This document shows, one piece after another, positions 39,590 to 51,344 of a stretch of DNA of 64,000 nt. The notes beneath the pieces were generated by a model. It was given only the letters and a program-made list of their open reading frames with translations. It made no database searches and was not told the DNA's origin. A program made the translations under genes and the position numbers. The DNA comes from Psammoneis japonica (Eukaryota), in NCBI GenBank assembly GCA_008632985.1, contig QPGO01000003.1:558001-622000 (forward strand). The letters run 5' to 3'. How positions within the stretch are numbered: position 1 is the first letter of the stretch; every line of letters begins with the position of its first letter.

Positions 39590-42450
39590 CCATGGCACCA
39601 AGAAAAAGGAAGCATGCAAACTCACCAGCTGCTGGTCACAACACTGGCAGTTGCACCAGTGTCACCGGTGGCTGTGGCAGAGGTTGTGGCAGAGGTGCTG
39701 CTCACTCAGCTTGAACACCAGGCCAACCTCCTTCCACCAGACCACCAAGGCAAGGCTCCAGAGTCAGCCCTCATTGTCAACAAGGCTCTCCATCCACCAC
39801 TGCTCCACTGGCTGCCAACCCTGCAGCTGCTGCCACCAATGCAGCCTCCACCAACAAAGAAGTCAACTCCTTTGATGATGCACCTGAGAACTGTTCCCCT
39901 CTCATTCAAAAAGAGGATGCTGAATTTCTTGATCAGCATGATGAAGTCCCTTCTTGCAAGAGACTCAGAATCTGCTCAAAGTCTCTGAGTGTCATGCCAT
40001 TTGTGGCATCAACCCCAACCAAATGTCTGGCAAAGATTGCAGGATGTGGCTTTTGTTTTGCTGGCAGATGCATGGCCTGCACAAGAACCAAAACAAAAAG
40101 ATGTACAAGAAACTGCAGAAGAAGCACAGAGACCATGGTGCAAGAATTGCCGCAGCCAACAAGACCACATCACATCTCCAGAAAGCTCAGAAACAGACCC
40201 TCCATGCAAGCCAAATGACAAATTTGGAGACCAACCTTGTGAAGAAGGTGGGAAACTTGAAGGTTGGTTGTTCTCTTCTCTTCTCTCCAGGTTTTCCATC
40301 AAAACAAGAGATCGGCAACACCATGAATTGTCGCTCACTCCTGGATGCCAGTGTCAACTCAGAATGTCCCTTTGCCTTGATGGTTTGGGAACATGTCTTC
40401 CCAAAAGATCCAAAGAATGACAAGGACTGGTCCTCAGACAACAAATTCAACAAACCTGAAGTTCATCAAAAGTTTTGGGAGAAGGTGGGCCCACTGGCCC
40501 TCAACTCATGAATCAAGAATGAAACACCTTTGCTTCCCACCTCCGCCCAAATCAAACACATTCCACCACCCAAGGCCGGCATTGCCTTGTTTCATGCAGT
40601 CCTGGACAGTGTTTTTGAGAAATTTTGCAGAGTCTGCAGTTCCAATCACGGCAATCCAGGTGATGCAAACTCTCTTCCCCTCTGTTTTGACTTTTCTCTC
40701 TGTCTCTCACGATGGCTCTGTGGTTCATTTGTCTCTCACAGGTCAGCGCACTCCTGTTGACTTGTTCAATGCCCCTCCTGCCGGAATTGAACAACTGCCA
40801 AGGAAAACAGAGCCATTGCGCACGGCTGCAATGCAGCCTGTCTCCATGTCACCTGTCACTTTGGGAGATTGGCCCCGTCTCTGTGGGTGAATTTTTTTTG
40901 CCTCTGGCTGTGGTTGTGTGTCTCTGTCATGTTTGAACACCATTTGAACACCACAATCAGAGCTGCCAAAAAGTTGCTGATTTTTACACCAAGAACAATG
41001 GGCTGGCTGTGACCCACTGTGTGAAGCCCGCCTCTGCCTGAGTGAGCAACCCAATGTTTGATGAATGTCTCCATGTGCTGTGACCACTGCATGTTCAAAA
41101 GCACACTTGGCTTGGAGATGACCAATCATCAACCGCGGCCCTGTCCAACAGAGTGGCTCTTCTCACAATCATGTGCCTGATTGTGTTCTTGATGAAAATG
41201 TGATCCCTGGGAAAATGCTGGTTGTGTGTGCATGGAGCAAAGGGAGTGGTTGGCAGTGGCGTCACTCTCCCTGATTGTGACTCTGTGTGTCAGCAACAGA
41301 ACTCAGCTGCTGCAGTTGATCCAAGATGCTGGAATGGGAGTTGCAGTGACAAGCCATGTCATTGTGGCCTTTCACATTGCCGATTGTCATGCACAATCAA
41401 AAGTGGAGGTGAGCCAAGCCAAGAGATGGCAGGACAAAATTGGGAAACCACTCTTTTGCTTGGACAGTTGAAGCAACTCAGTGAATGTCTCGCGCAGAGT
41501 GCTGTGATGAAACTTGATGTGCATCTCCTGTCCAAGCTTTGACTGACAATTGGCGGTGCACTTGTTGCTTGTCTTTGGGTGCGGCGGCACCATTCCCAGT
41601 GCTGACCAAAGGGAGTGGCTGCAACAACACTCATTGTTAAAATTTCCCAAAGTCATGAGAACATGTTGTGCTTGCAAACAACCAATGTTGTCACAAATGG
41701 CAGAATCATCAAACAGCACAGCTGGGCAAACACAACATGACCCAGATGGGCAGCCATTGCCAAGTTGAGCAAGCAAAGATTTGAGATCATGCTTGGCTTG
41801 CTTCCACCAGTCACCAGTGTTGAGAGGGTCACAAATGTGCTCATTCGTTTGGGGGCAGTGCTTCTTGTTGAAATCCGCTGACAAGACTGGATGACCTGGG
41901 GATCTGAAAAACCCTTCTCACACAATGAAGAAAGGAAAAACGGCACACATGCATTGGGGGAAAATTGGGACCCACATCCCATGTTCACTGTGGAGCAAAT
42001 GGGCTCTAGTCCAACAAAATCAAAATGCTTGGCTTTCATGCACTGCAAGGCTGTGGAGCAGGACAGAGACTTGTGCTCACAGTCACTCTCCTTGGCACGT
42101 TTAGCCTGGGAAAGAAAAGCCTCATGCAAACCATGGGAAAGACAATGCTTCTTCATCATCACAACCAACTCTTCCTCCACTGGATGAAGCTTCTTGGTGG
42201 CATTGGTTTCTCAAATGCAGGGAGGTTGCAACAGTTGAGCTTCTTCCATCTCCTCCAACTCAAGTGCATCAAGCAAAACAGTGCAGTGCTTCATCGTCAT
42301 TGTCATTGTCAGGGAGAGAAGAGGATGACATGGATTGTTGTGCTGAGAGCATGTCAAACTCCTCCTTGAGGAGAAGAACGTCATCATAAAAAATGTGCTC
42401 ACCTCTTAGAGCTGGGGCAAGACACCCAGCACTGAGTTTGTCAGGCTCTG
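39590..42450 (-). mobile_element. Plavaka-like DNA transposon relic (transposase on minus ~40900-42200; convergent basic ORF remnant on plus from 39591)
   Basis: LNTGDWWKQ...PAVLFDDSAICDNIGCLQAQHVLMTLGNF...WSALGMVPP resembles the Plavaka transposase core. Opposite-strand remnant reads MAPRKRK...GCGRGCGRG. Confidence 0.6.
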
Positions 42451-43699
42451 GCGTGGCAGGAAAATTGGTGGAGGCATTGTTAAAGGAACATTCCAACAGC
42501 AATTTGGTGGAGGAGGGGTCACCATGAGTGGAGGGTTGATGCTCATGATCACTGCCATTGGAAAAGAGGGAGGACAGATCGCAGCCATCAATGGACAGAG
42601 ACAACAATCCTGTGGTGCTTGAATTGAGAGATTGATTGGAAGGCAATGATGAATCCAATGAGGGTGAGGCACCATTGTCACTCAGAGAGCAATGGGGGAA
42701 GGAAGGTGCATCATCAACGCCACAATGAAAGAAGGAAGAGCACTGGGGATGCCTCTGAAAATGTCATTGGAGATCACACTGATCATTGTTGTCAGACATC
42801 TGACTGGGACAGAGTGGATTGTGACAGGGGTGTGCCATTGTCTTTGGTGGAGTTTGTGTTGGCATGCAGCTTGTGGTGTGTGCAGGGAAAAAAAGGACAG
42901 ATGTGGCACAAACAAAGCAAGACAGAGAAGGGAACCAGCTGACAATGGGAAAGAGAAGAGTTGAAATGCATGCAAACTTAACAAGTTTGCAAATGCACAT
43001 GCTAAATGGAGATGGGTTCCAGTCCCAGGTGGGACTCCGTGTGACATTGGGCCCACAGAATTCTGCGTGCGAGCTCCCCAGTAAATCTGTCAAGCAATGC
43101 AAATGCAAATGGAGGTCCCACCTGGCAGAGCTGGAACACGTCTGGAGAATGGGCAGCTCAAAACAAGAACAACCAACTAATGAGCATTGGTGCACATGCA
43201 CCAAGAAGATCAGTGCAAAATTTAGGCAAACATGTGGAATTTTTTTACAACTGACAATCATCACTCTGGTCAAGCATGGAAACATGTCACAGACAATTTC
43301 TCAAACCCGATCTGGATGGCTGTCCAGGAATGCACAGAACGGAGTTGCTCACTTTTCAAAAATGCAGCTCACGTGCTGATCTGCACAAAGCAGACATGTG
43401 CAAAGTGTGCAAGAACAAAATGTGGTGGGGCTGTTGATTTTTGCTTTTTGTGGAGCACACTTGGAGTTTTCTCATTTGATCACATTGATGAAGCACTGGA
43501 TGAGCACACAACAAGAGATTGTGATGAATGGCTGGATTTTCAATCTTCGTGGAGGATCATTGTGGGAATTCTTGGCACAGCAAAGCATGGAAGGGCATTT
43601 TTCCCTGGATTTGCAGTGCCCTGTGTCCTGTTGAACTTGTGTGCACCATGACATCAGCGGGGGTTGATGCATTTTTTGTGTGCAAGAACCACAGCAATG

Positions 43700-46400
43700 T
43701 CAATGTGCCTGACACATGAGGACAAACTTCCCATGTTGTTGTTGCAATGAATGTGAAAATGTTTTGTTGTGTTCAGCCCACAAAGTCTTGTGCTGTTTTG
43801 ATGCAAGGAGAAAGGTGCTGGAAGCTGGATTTTTGTGAGAGTGTGACCCCATGGTGGGCATGCGCAGCACCACTGGCCAAAAGAGAAGGAGGGGGCAAGG
43901 GGCCCAGCTGGCATGGGCTGCTGCGACACTCTTGCAGCTTCTTGGCAGGTGCAAGGACATTGCTTGGTGCATTTGGATGGAAGACAAAATTGCTGCCTGC
44001 AAGCATTTCTTGAGCAAAGCTGCCACATGTGGTGGGCTCAGCTCAGAGGTGCAAGTGGAGCCACTGGCCAAATGGCCAGATCAAACTGGTTCTAATGCAG
44101 GCACAGAGCAGGGCCACAACATCATGCAGAGGCACCTGGCAGCAATGCCAGAGGTTGTGAAACTCAAATTTGCCAGGCTGAGTGTGGCAACAGAGTCACA
44201 AAGAAGGCTGGTGATGTTGTGCATGATGCCAGGCATTGTTGCTGAAATTCATGATTTTTTGGGGTGTCAGAAGGACCCTGTGGGGGAGCAGAGGAGTTCA
44301 ACTGAATGAACGGGGGCAAAAGCGGGACAGATGTTTGGGTTGCTGGACAGCTCTGTGCCAATGACTTCTCTCTATGAACTGCACTTTTCTGTGTGGTGAA
44401 GGTGAGCATGGCAAATGCAGATGTCCAAGCAGCATCAGCCTGTGGTGAGCTGCACATGCTGGCCAGGTAAAAAGGTGTTGTGCCAGACAGTGTGATGTGA
44501 ACAATGTGCAGCACAGCACATTGCTCTGCACAATGCTGCCCATCAGCTGAGTGTGGATCAGCACTCAGCATGAGCAGTGGGCCCCCATTGTGGCAGGTCA
44601 CCAATCAGCTGGCAGTGTTGAGTGGGAGCTGCACACACAACAAAGTTGGCACAGCAGCTTCTGGTGTGCACTGGCACCCAGTGGGGTGCCACACTGTTGC
44701 AGCCCAGGCAAGGGGTCGTGCGGAGGTTGGTGCAAATGAGGAAGAAGCCATTGGCTTCATAACTGGCAGCATCATGACAGCTGGTCAGAGTTGCCTTGAG
44801 CAGGACCAGTTCTTAAATCCAGGCAGGTTTTTTGTCTGACAATGCACAGAGCACAGGTTGCAAAAGTTGTGAACTCAGTGTGCATCAACAGTGAGTTGAA
44901 CCCAGGAATCAGGGGCAGTGTGTTGGAGGGTTTTTGAAGCTCAGGGGACAGGCCTCATGTGCTCTTCTGTGCACTGCAATTGCTCTTCCATGCACTGCAA
45001 TGGCTGGACTCTGTGCAGTTCTCTAAGCTGGCTTTCACAATCTGCAATGACAGCACCATGTTTGCAAAAATGTGTGGGCAGCGGGTGCAGTGTTGAGTGC
45101 AAACATCATTTGCACCAGGCATGAAAAGTGGTGTCATGGACTGGGTGTTGACAATCTGGCCCAAAGCTTCTTTTTGTGTGGACCATGTGGCGCCACACTT
45201 GCAGAGCTCCTTCTCAATGAAAATGGGCTCCTTGCAGGCTTCATCACAAGGATTGAGCGAACAAAAAAAGCCGTTGATGGCAAACATGACAACTCAGCAC
45301 ACATTGTGACATGGGCCTGATGTGACTTCTTGCACTGCACCAATGAAGTCATCAACACACAGATTTCTGTTCATTGCAGATGGCACTGCCTGTGCAGACA
45401 AAGGTGCAGGTCAGACACAGTGCACATCAGGGCAGTGAAACAGAAGCATCTGCTGGGATGACTGCAGTGTGTGTTGAACACTGACCAGTGAGCAAGTGCT
45501 CCAGTGGCTGTGTGGCTGTGTGCTTGACAATGACAGACCAAACCCCCTTTGGCCATGTCAGCTGCTGTGCTTGACAGTGTGACCCAAAAGATTTGGGCTC
45601 TCTCTGGTGTGAACTGTGCTCAGCAGAAGCAGCCAGCCCAGCCAATCTTTGTGAAACAGACCCAGCCTTTTGATGATGGGTCAGCAAGCAGCAGTCATGC
45701 AGTGGAGCAGGATGAGCTCAAACACCCACCTGGCCAAATTGCATTGATTCCACATTGTGCCATTGGGTTGTGCTGATGGATTCACACCATGGAATGTGGG
45801 CCCAAGGACAGGGTCAGGGGACCACCCATGCTGCCGCAGGACAATGCAGGCAGGGCTCAGCTGCAAGTTTGGCACATTTTGCACTTCCATGTGCAGCACC
45901 GCTGCCCAGAAACCATTGGCCAGTGTCCAGCCATGTGGTCTTGTGGGAATTTGATGGGCTCAATGGCAGACTTGCAGATGGCCAGCTGCTGTGTGCTGAG
46001 ACTGGCTCTCAGGAGGGCTCCCCACTCTTCTCTAAAACTGCGCAGCCAGATGAAAGAACAAGAAGCAGCTGAGACCTTTGTGGTGCAAAATGTCGGCATC
46101 TTTTGCAGTGCATTTGCTCACTGAAAGGGTGCTCACAATCACTTTAGAGACAACAACTGTGTGCCCGGCATGGCATGGTCATGTGTGCCTGCAAATTTTT
46201 TTTGTTTTCCTTGAAAGCACCATCTTCATCTGTGATCTTCAGCCATTTTGCACGCTTGGCAAAACTGAGCAACACAAACTCTGCAGCTCTGATGGACAGT
46301 TGCAGGTGCCGGAGGTGCCCCTGAAGAGGCGGCCCAAAAGGTGTTTGTTGTGGTGCCCCAGTGAATCATAAAATGAGCTCCAGCTCCAGGTGGGATCTCA
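43700..46400 (-). mobile_element. Second DIRS/Ngaro-like RT relic
   Basis: LANGFW (like DLADGFY), CVDDFIG (like YVDDFI, ~45340-45360), EPIFIEK..ATWSTQKEALGQIVNT (like EPIS.KK..WSTRK.ILGW.IDT). Boundaries approximate. Confidence 0.55.
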
Positions 46401-47833
46401 CAGTGGGGAGCTGTGGGATGTGACATTTTGCTTTTTTGGTGTCAGTGCAAATTTTTGCCCATTCCCAAGTGACTTTGGGTTTGTTTTGAGCTCATTTGCA
46501 GCACAGTTGTTGGGCAATCCATTTGGCAACTTTAAATTTTTTTAATGCAGCAGCTGCATTCTCTGATGTCTGCAGAATGCGGCCATTCTCCAGCAGATTT
46601 TCCAAGTTGCAAAGCATGAAGAGATGTGGCAGCACTGCAAAAGTGGTTGTTGTTGTTTGTTTTGATGTCTGCAAGAAAAAAACTGGTCTGTCAGTTGGAG
46701 CCCACCTGTCAGCTGACTTTTGCAGCACTCAAATTGCCGTGATGTTTTCAGAAAAGAAATGACAGAGATGCTCAAACTGACAAAACAGCATCAAGAGCAG
46801 ATCTTCCAGATGAGGCACAAACGTTAAAATGACTTGCATTTCCCGTGCTGCACTGCGTCATTTTGACCTGCCTTGAAACAGCCCTGAGCACACTTGTGCA
46901 CCTGTGTCTGGCTGTCAGACTTGGGCAAGAGTTTGTTGGTCTTCGGAGTCAGAGCAGTGAGTGCATGTGACACGTGAAATTTGGACAGAAGGACAACCAG
47001 ATGCATTTGTCAATTCTTTTGGCTGCGCATGTGACATTTGGTGAGTTCAATTTCGTGCATCAAAAAGTTGTTGACAATGCTGCAATGATCATCTTTGTGA
47101 GTTGCAAGCTCTGTTGAGTTGTCTTGGTCTTTTGAAGACAACAATTTATCTGCCATGTCACTGGCAAATAGCTGGAAGAACTTCTTCATGAACCGACTGT
47201 CGAACAACAATGCAGATCGCATGTTGGGCTCTCTGCAAGACATTCTGCATGAAACTCCCACAGAATCAAGCCATCAAATGCATCTCAAAGGAGACACAGT
47301 TATCCTTGGTGCATGCCAAGTGGCAGGGAACCCTGTTTTGCTCCACAACTGCACCATTGTTGGAGGTGCAAGACTCCAACTGCAACAGAGAGGATGCACG
47401 GCAAGTCTGAAAAGTTCAGCTCTGTTGTCTCACATTGCTGGGAAACCCCGGTCTGTCAGCAAAAAAAAAAACAAGGACAGTCCAGAAAAACAACCATTGT
47501 GCATGTTGTCAAAAGTTCGCAACAAGTGAACTCACTTGTTTTGCTGGGAGAGGACAATGGGACTCAGGAGAGTGTAGCCAACACACCTTGCCTGCAGGGA
47601 ACTGGTCATGGTGGAGTGGTGCAGCGACAAGTTCATGCGTCATAGGACTGTCCTGTGCTATGAAGAATCCATGTGGTCAAACAAAATGATTAGAATCTAA
47701 CGGAGAACACCTTCACTCAGAAAGTGACATGCAAAATACACTTAGATCAAATTGAAACAAGCCTTAGACACAAAGAAGAAAAGGATTATGGCTGATTCAG
47801 AACCTGGACTTGACAACCAATGCAAAACCCATC

Positions 47834-49393
47834 TTAACTTTGTTTTATCTTGCTGTCAGAATTCATGGAATGTGGACAAGTCGAATACTTCGACAACTTC
47901 TGCAATCTGCATTGAATCAACTCTTCCGTGGAATAAATTGCGTTGTACTTGTAACCAAATTCTCGACAAGCTTCACGCACAATCGGAGCAATGTGCGGCA
48001 AGAGGCGGTAATTCAAGACAGGAAAGAGGGTGTGCTCCACATGATAGGTAAGTGTACCAGTGCTGGAGCCATTGAGACTACCCCAAAGAAAAGGTTGAAG
48101 CCATTGATCCGCACGGCTCGGTTGCCACGTGTAGGTGGACTCGACATTATGACGGCCCCAATCTTTATCAATCTCAGCCTCAGGGAGATCAGGATATTCC
48201 CAGACGTGCTGAGCCCAAAAAACTTGCACGGGAAAGACGCCAAGGAGATTTCGAAAAATAGAAAGGGCCGCAAAGAGCCCAAAGCCAACTGCGCCGCTGC
48301 AAGGTAGCGCCAAGTAGCACCACGAAATCAGGGGAGCAACAAACACTCCAATGAACGCCGTCAAAAATCTACTGTACTCCCCATCACGAAGGAACTCTGT
48401 GAATAAGTAAAAGACACGGGGAAACATGAACAGCACACGAAGACCCTCCGAAAGAACTTCTAAAAGGGTATTCAGGATGACTTGAGAGACAAAGGTGGCT
48501 TGAAAACGATGAAACAACGCACGGTACCGTGTCTTGTCACACAATCGCTGCACACCAAGGCCCGACGCAAATGCAAAGCACTGGTCATGTTCCAGTTTAA
48601 CACCTTTGACATGATGGATGGCATTATGTTCTGAAAAGCCCCTTCCACCGTGCAGTTCGAACTGCGAAATATGGCGAGGTTGGTTGAGCATGGTGCGGCT
48701 ATTCTTCTCGCTGTTGGGCAATGAAAAGCTAGACAATGAGGCCACTCCGAGGCAAACACCAACTTGTTCTGCATACCACTGTGCTCCACTTTTTGGATCC
48801 CACAATTGACCGTGACCGTTGGCGTGCATTTCTCCAAACCCGCGCAATAATGTAAAACTGCTGGTGAGTACGTGAAAAACAGCCAAGAGCCAGAGCGGCG
48901 CTGTTTCATCTCTTTTCACCACCAGAAAGGTAAACGCAGTGCAGTACATAAGAAATAGGACTCCAAGATCCACACACCACATCACTTTAGCATAGAAGGG
49001 CCGTCGTTCCAGTTTCTCTTTTTTCAAGTGCGCCATAACCCGCTTGGAGGTAACATGCCAAAACTCTCCCATGTTGGGACTCGAAAAGGAGGAAGGATCA
49101 TCGACGTCACGCTTCAGCACTCCAATACGAAACTTCTCCAGTACGTTTCGGGCCTTTTCCGGTTCCCACAAGTGATTCTGGTAGAACAGAACTGTGGAAT
49201 CAGCACCTGCGGCATTCATGATCATGTGGCCTCCAGGATGTTCGTCGCGATATCCGGATAAGTCATAGACGACATTGTCAATTACGGTCCAAAAATCATT
49301 GTGCTTGTTGTGCATCTCCACATCTTGAATAGAGAAACGCATCATGGACGCCTCGTTCTTGTTGCTTTTTCCATTTGTGCTGGTATCGACCAT
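47834..49393 (-). CDS. Cytochrome b5-fused membrane fatty-acid desaturase-like protein
   Basis: b5 domain with HPGG; His boxes HANGH and HNAIHH; atypical third box HVEHTLFP; DWGRHNVEST; TM helices. Intronless. Confidence 0.88.
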   Translation of the reverse strand: MVDTSTNGKSNKNEASMMRFSIQDVEMHNKHNDFWTVIDNVVYDLSGYRDEHPGGHMIMNAAGADSTVLFYQNHLWEPEKARNVLEKFRIGVLKRDVDDPSSFSSPNMGEFWHVTSKRVMAHLKKEKLERRPFYAKVMWCVDLGVLFLMYCTAFTFLVVKRDETAPLWLLAVFHVLTSSFTLLRGFGEMHANGHGQLWDPKSGAQWYAEQVGVCLGVASLSSFSLPNSEKNSRTMLNQPRHISQFELHGGRGFSEHNAIHHVKGVKLEHDQCFAFASGLGVQRLCDKTRYRALFHRFQATFVSQVILNTLLEVLSEGLRVLFMFPRVFYLFTEFLRDGEYSRFLTAFIGVFVAPLISWCYLALPCSGAVGFGLFAALSIFRNLLGVFPVQVFWAQHVWEYPDLPEAEIDKDWGRHNVESTYTWQPSRADQWLQPFLWGSLNGSSTGTLTYHVEHTLFPVLNYRLLPHIAPIVREACREFGYKYNAIYSTEELIQCRLQKLSKYSTCPHSMNSDSKIKQS

Positions 49394-49735
49394 TATGATC
49401 TTACTTCTTACTTGTTTGTTTTGTTCGTACTGTACTAACAAAAAACTGAACGAACACCCTGCCTCGGGCCTCGGGCCTCGGATAACCGACCCCTCAACTC
49501 GCTCGGAACTCTCAGTCTTGGCATTTTTTACTCTATGTCCTGCTATGAAAATTTTTCATCACCGTTTCTTGTCCACGTTGACGAATACATTATTCATTCT
49601 TTTTTGAAATTTTCGTTTTTCCCTCCACACCGACCTTCAGTCATGCACAACAAGCAACCAGCAACACTCCTCGTTGCAAGATCGGCAACATCACAAAGTG
49701 GTTCTACAAGTATCATCCGAGTGACCTTTTGCGCC

Positions 49736-51220
49736 ATGGTGATAGCCGAATCAGCCGCCCCAAAGTTGCCTGGGACGGTTTATCCATCTGCATCTTACTG
49801 GCCACCATCTTTATCACCGGCTTCACCTTCGTCATCGGAGTGTTCCACTTCTTTTTCTTCGACGGAAGAGGAATTTTCGTTTGACGCCACATCGGGCCCA
49901 GGCGGTGAAATTGCCCCGTGTTCTCTCACGTGCCCTCTTATTCCGTTGCACACGTCCTATTTCGTCTTGTCGTGCTTGTTGCTATGGAGTTTCTATTTTA
50001 CCGGTCTGTGGCATGTCGCCATCTTTGTCTATACGACCACGTATTTTCTGATTCCCTGTCCCGATTGCGTCAACCGTGCTCCACGCATGTTGCTTCGAAC
50101 ATTGACCAAACGATATGAAGGCCTGCCTTTGCGCTTCAACATATCAGCGCTAGGTCATCTTTTATGGGGCATGCTTTTTAGAATGCCAGTCGAAGTGTTG
50201 TTATGGCATTTGGACGATCTCTTGTTTGATTACAAGCAGACTTCTGTGCAAGATCCAGTCTTTTTGGTGGGACAGCCGCGATCGGGCACCACGAAATTCC
50301 AAGATGTCTTGTGTGATGATCAAGATACCTTTTGTTCTCTTAAAATGTATGAAGTGCGATTCCCCTACTTGACAGTTCAGTATATGATTGACTTTATGGA
50401 CTGCATCGATAAGAAGTTCCTGGGAAGAAGCCTTTACAAACTGTTGGATTGGTCTGGCCTCCTGCAGGCCTTACCCTGTGGAGGAGAACGTACCAACATG
50501 AGACGTCTCCGATACGATATGGTGGATGAAGATGATTTGATGTTTTTGCATCATTGCATGGCTCACTTTGTGTTGATTGGTGTTTTTCCGGATGCCTCTC
50601 TTGTGGACTCGTTGGTGAACTTGCACGAATTGCCGAAACGGGGTCAGGAGCAGGTGATGGAATTTCACAAGCGTGCTGTTCAAAAAGTCTTGTACCGTCG
50701 TGGAAAGGGACGTCGGTATTTGGCAAAATGGGTCGGTTGTTGGGGTGGATTGATCCAAGAATCCGTCAAGACGTATCCTGGTGCTAAATACGTGACGATT
50801 GTACGCGACCCTCAAGAGCAGTTGCCCTCGTGGATGAAACTGCAAGGGCTGCTTGGTGAAGAAATTGGTGGAAACAATTTCATGTTGACATGCCCCAATG
50901 TTCGTCGTGCCGTTGTGAAACTGAATAGAGGGTGGCATTGCAATCAAATTGAATTTTGCAGGAACATGAGACAAAAGAAACAGTTGTATTCAATGAGATA
51001 CAACACCTTTGTGAAAGATATACCCGCGGGCATTCAAAGAGTCTATGACTTTTTGGGGGAAACCATTTCTCCCGAGTTCGCAATCGCCCTGAAAAGACAT
51101 GAGCAGAAGCAATCGTCGCATAAGAGGACTAACATTCGTCGCTCCGAAACGTTCATCACCGAAAGAGAGATTGAAATGGCCTTTCCCGACCTCTTCGAGG
51201 AAATTGAATTTGATTGCTAA
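49736..51220 (+). CDS. Membrane-associated sulfotransferase (Sulfotransfer_3 / Stf-like)
   Basis: 5'-PSB motif FLVGQPRSGTT, 3'-PB motif IVRDP, N-terminal TM helices; divergent from the desaturase. Start may be upstream. Confidence 0.85.
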   Translation: MVIAESAAPKLPGTVYPSASYWPPSLSPASPSSSECSTSFSSTEEEFSFDATSGPGGEIAPCSLTCPLIPLHTSYFVLSCLLLWSFYFTGLWHVAIFVYTTTYFLIPCPDCVNRAPRMLLRTLTKRYEGLPLRFNISALGHLLWGMLFRMPVEVLLWHLDDLLFDYKQTSVQDPVFLVGQPRSGTTKFQDVLCDDQDTFCSLKMYEVRFPYLTVQYMIDFMDCIDKKFLGRSLYKLLDWSGLLQALPCGGERTNMRRLRYDMVDEDDLMFLHHCMAHFVLIGVFPDASLVDSLVNLHELPKRGQEQVMEFHKRAVQKVLYRRGKGRRYLAKWVGCWGGLIQESVKTYPGAKYVTIVRDPQEQLPSWMKLQGLLGEEIGGNNFMLTCPNVRRAVVKLNRGWHCNQIEFCRNMRQKKQLYSMRYNTFVKDIPAGIQRVYDFLGETISPEFAIALKRHEQKQSSHKRTNIRRSETFITEREIEMAFPDLFEEIEFDC

Positions 51221-51344
51221 AGACTATAATGCAGTCTTGCGTGCCTTCAAGGATGCCTAGCATCATGCCACTGCATTGCTTAATCGAGAATAGTAGACGG
51301 GTTGTGCTCCGGACCCCTCCCTGCCTAGACTATGTCTGACGCCT

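Larger units (their letters stand above)
16930..47640. repeat. ~31-kb nested transposon graveyard with extreme TpA and CpG depletion
   Basis: Continuous TG/CA-rich sequence containing copia, LINE, DIRS/Ngaro-like and Plavaka-like relics; no intact host gene seen. Confidence 0.85.

Noticed and set aside
16930..47640. Hundreds of overlapping Cys/His/Gln-rich ORFs in all six frames
   Set aside because: Loss of TA removes TAA/TAG stops and inflates TGY/CAY/CAR codons, so these are compositional artefacts rather than genes or metal-binding proteins.
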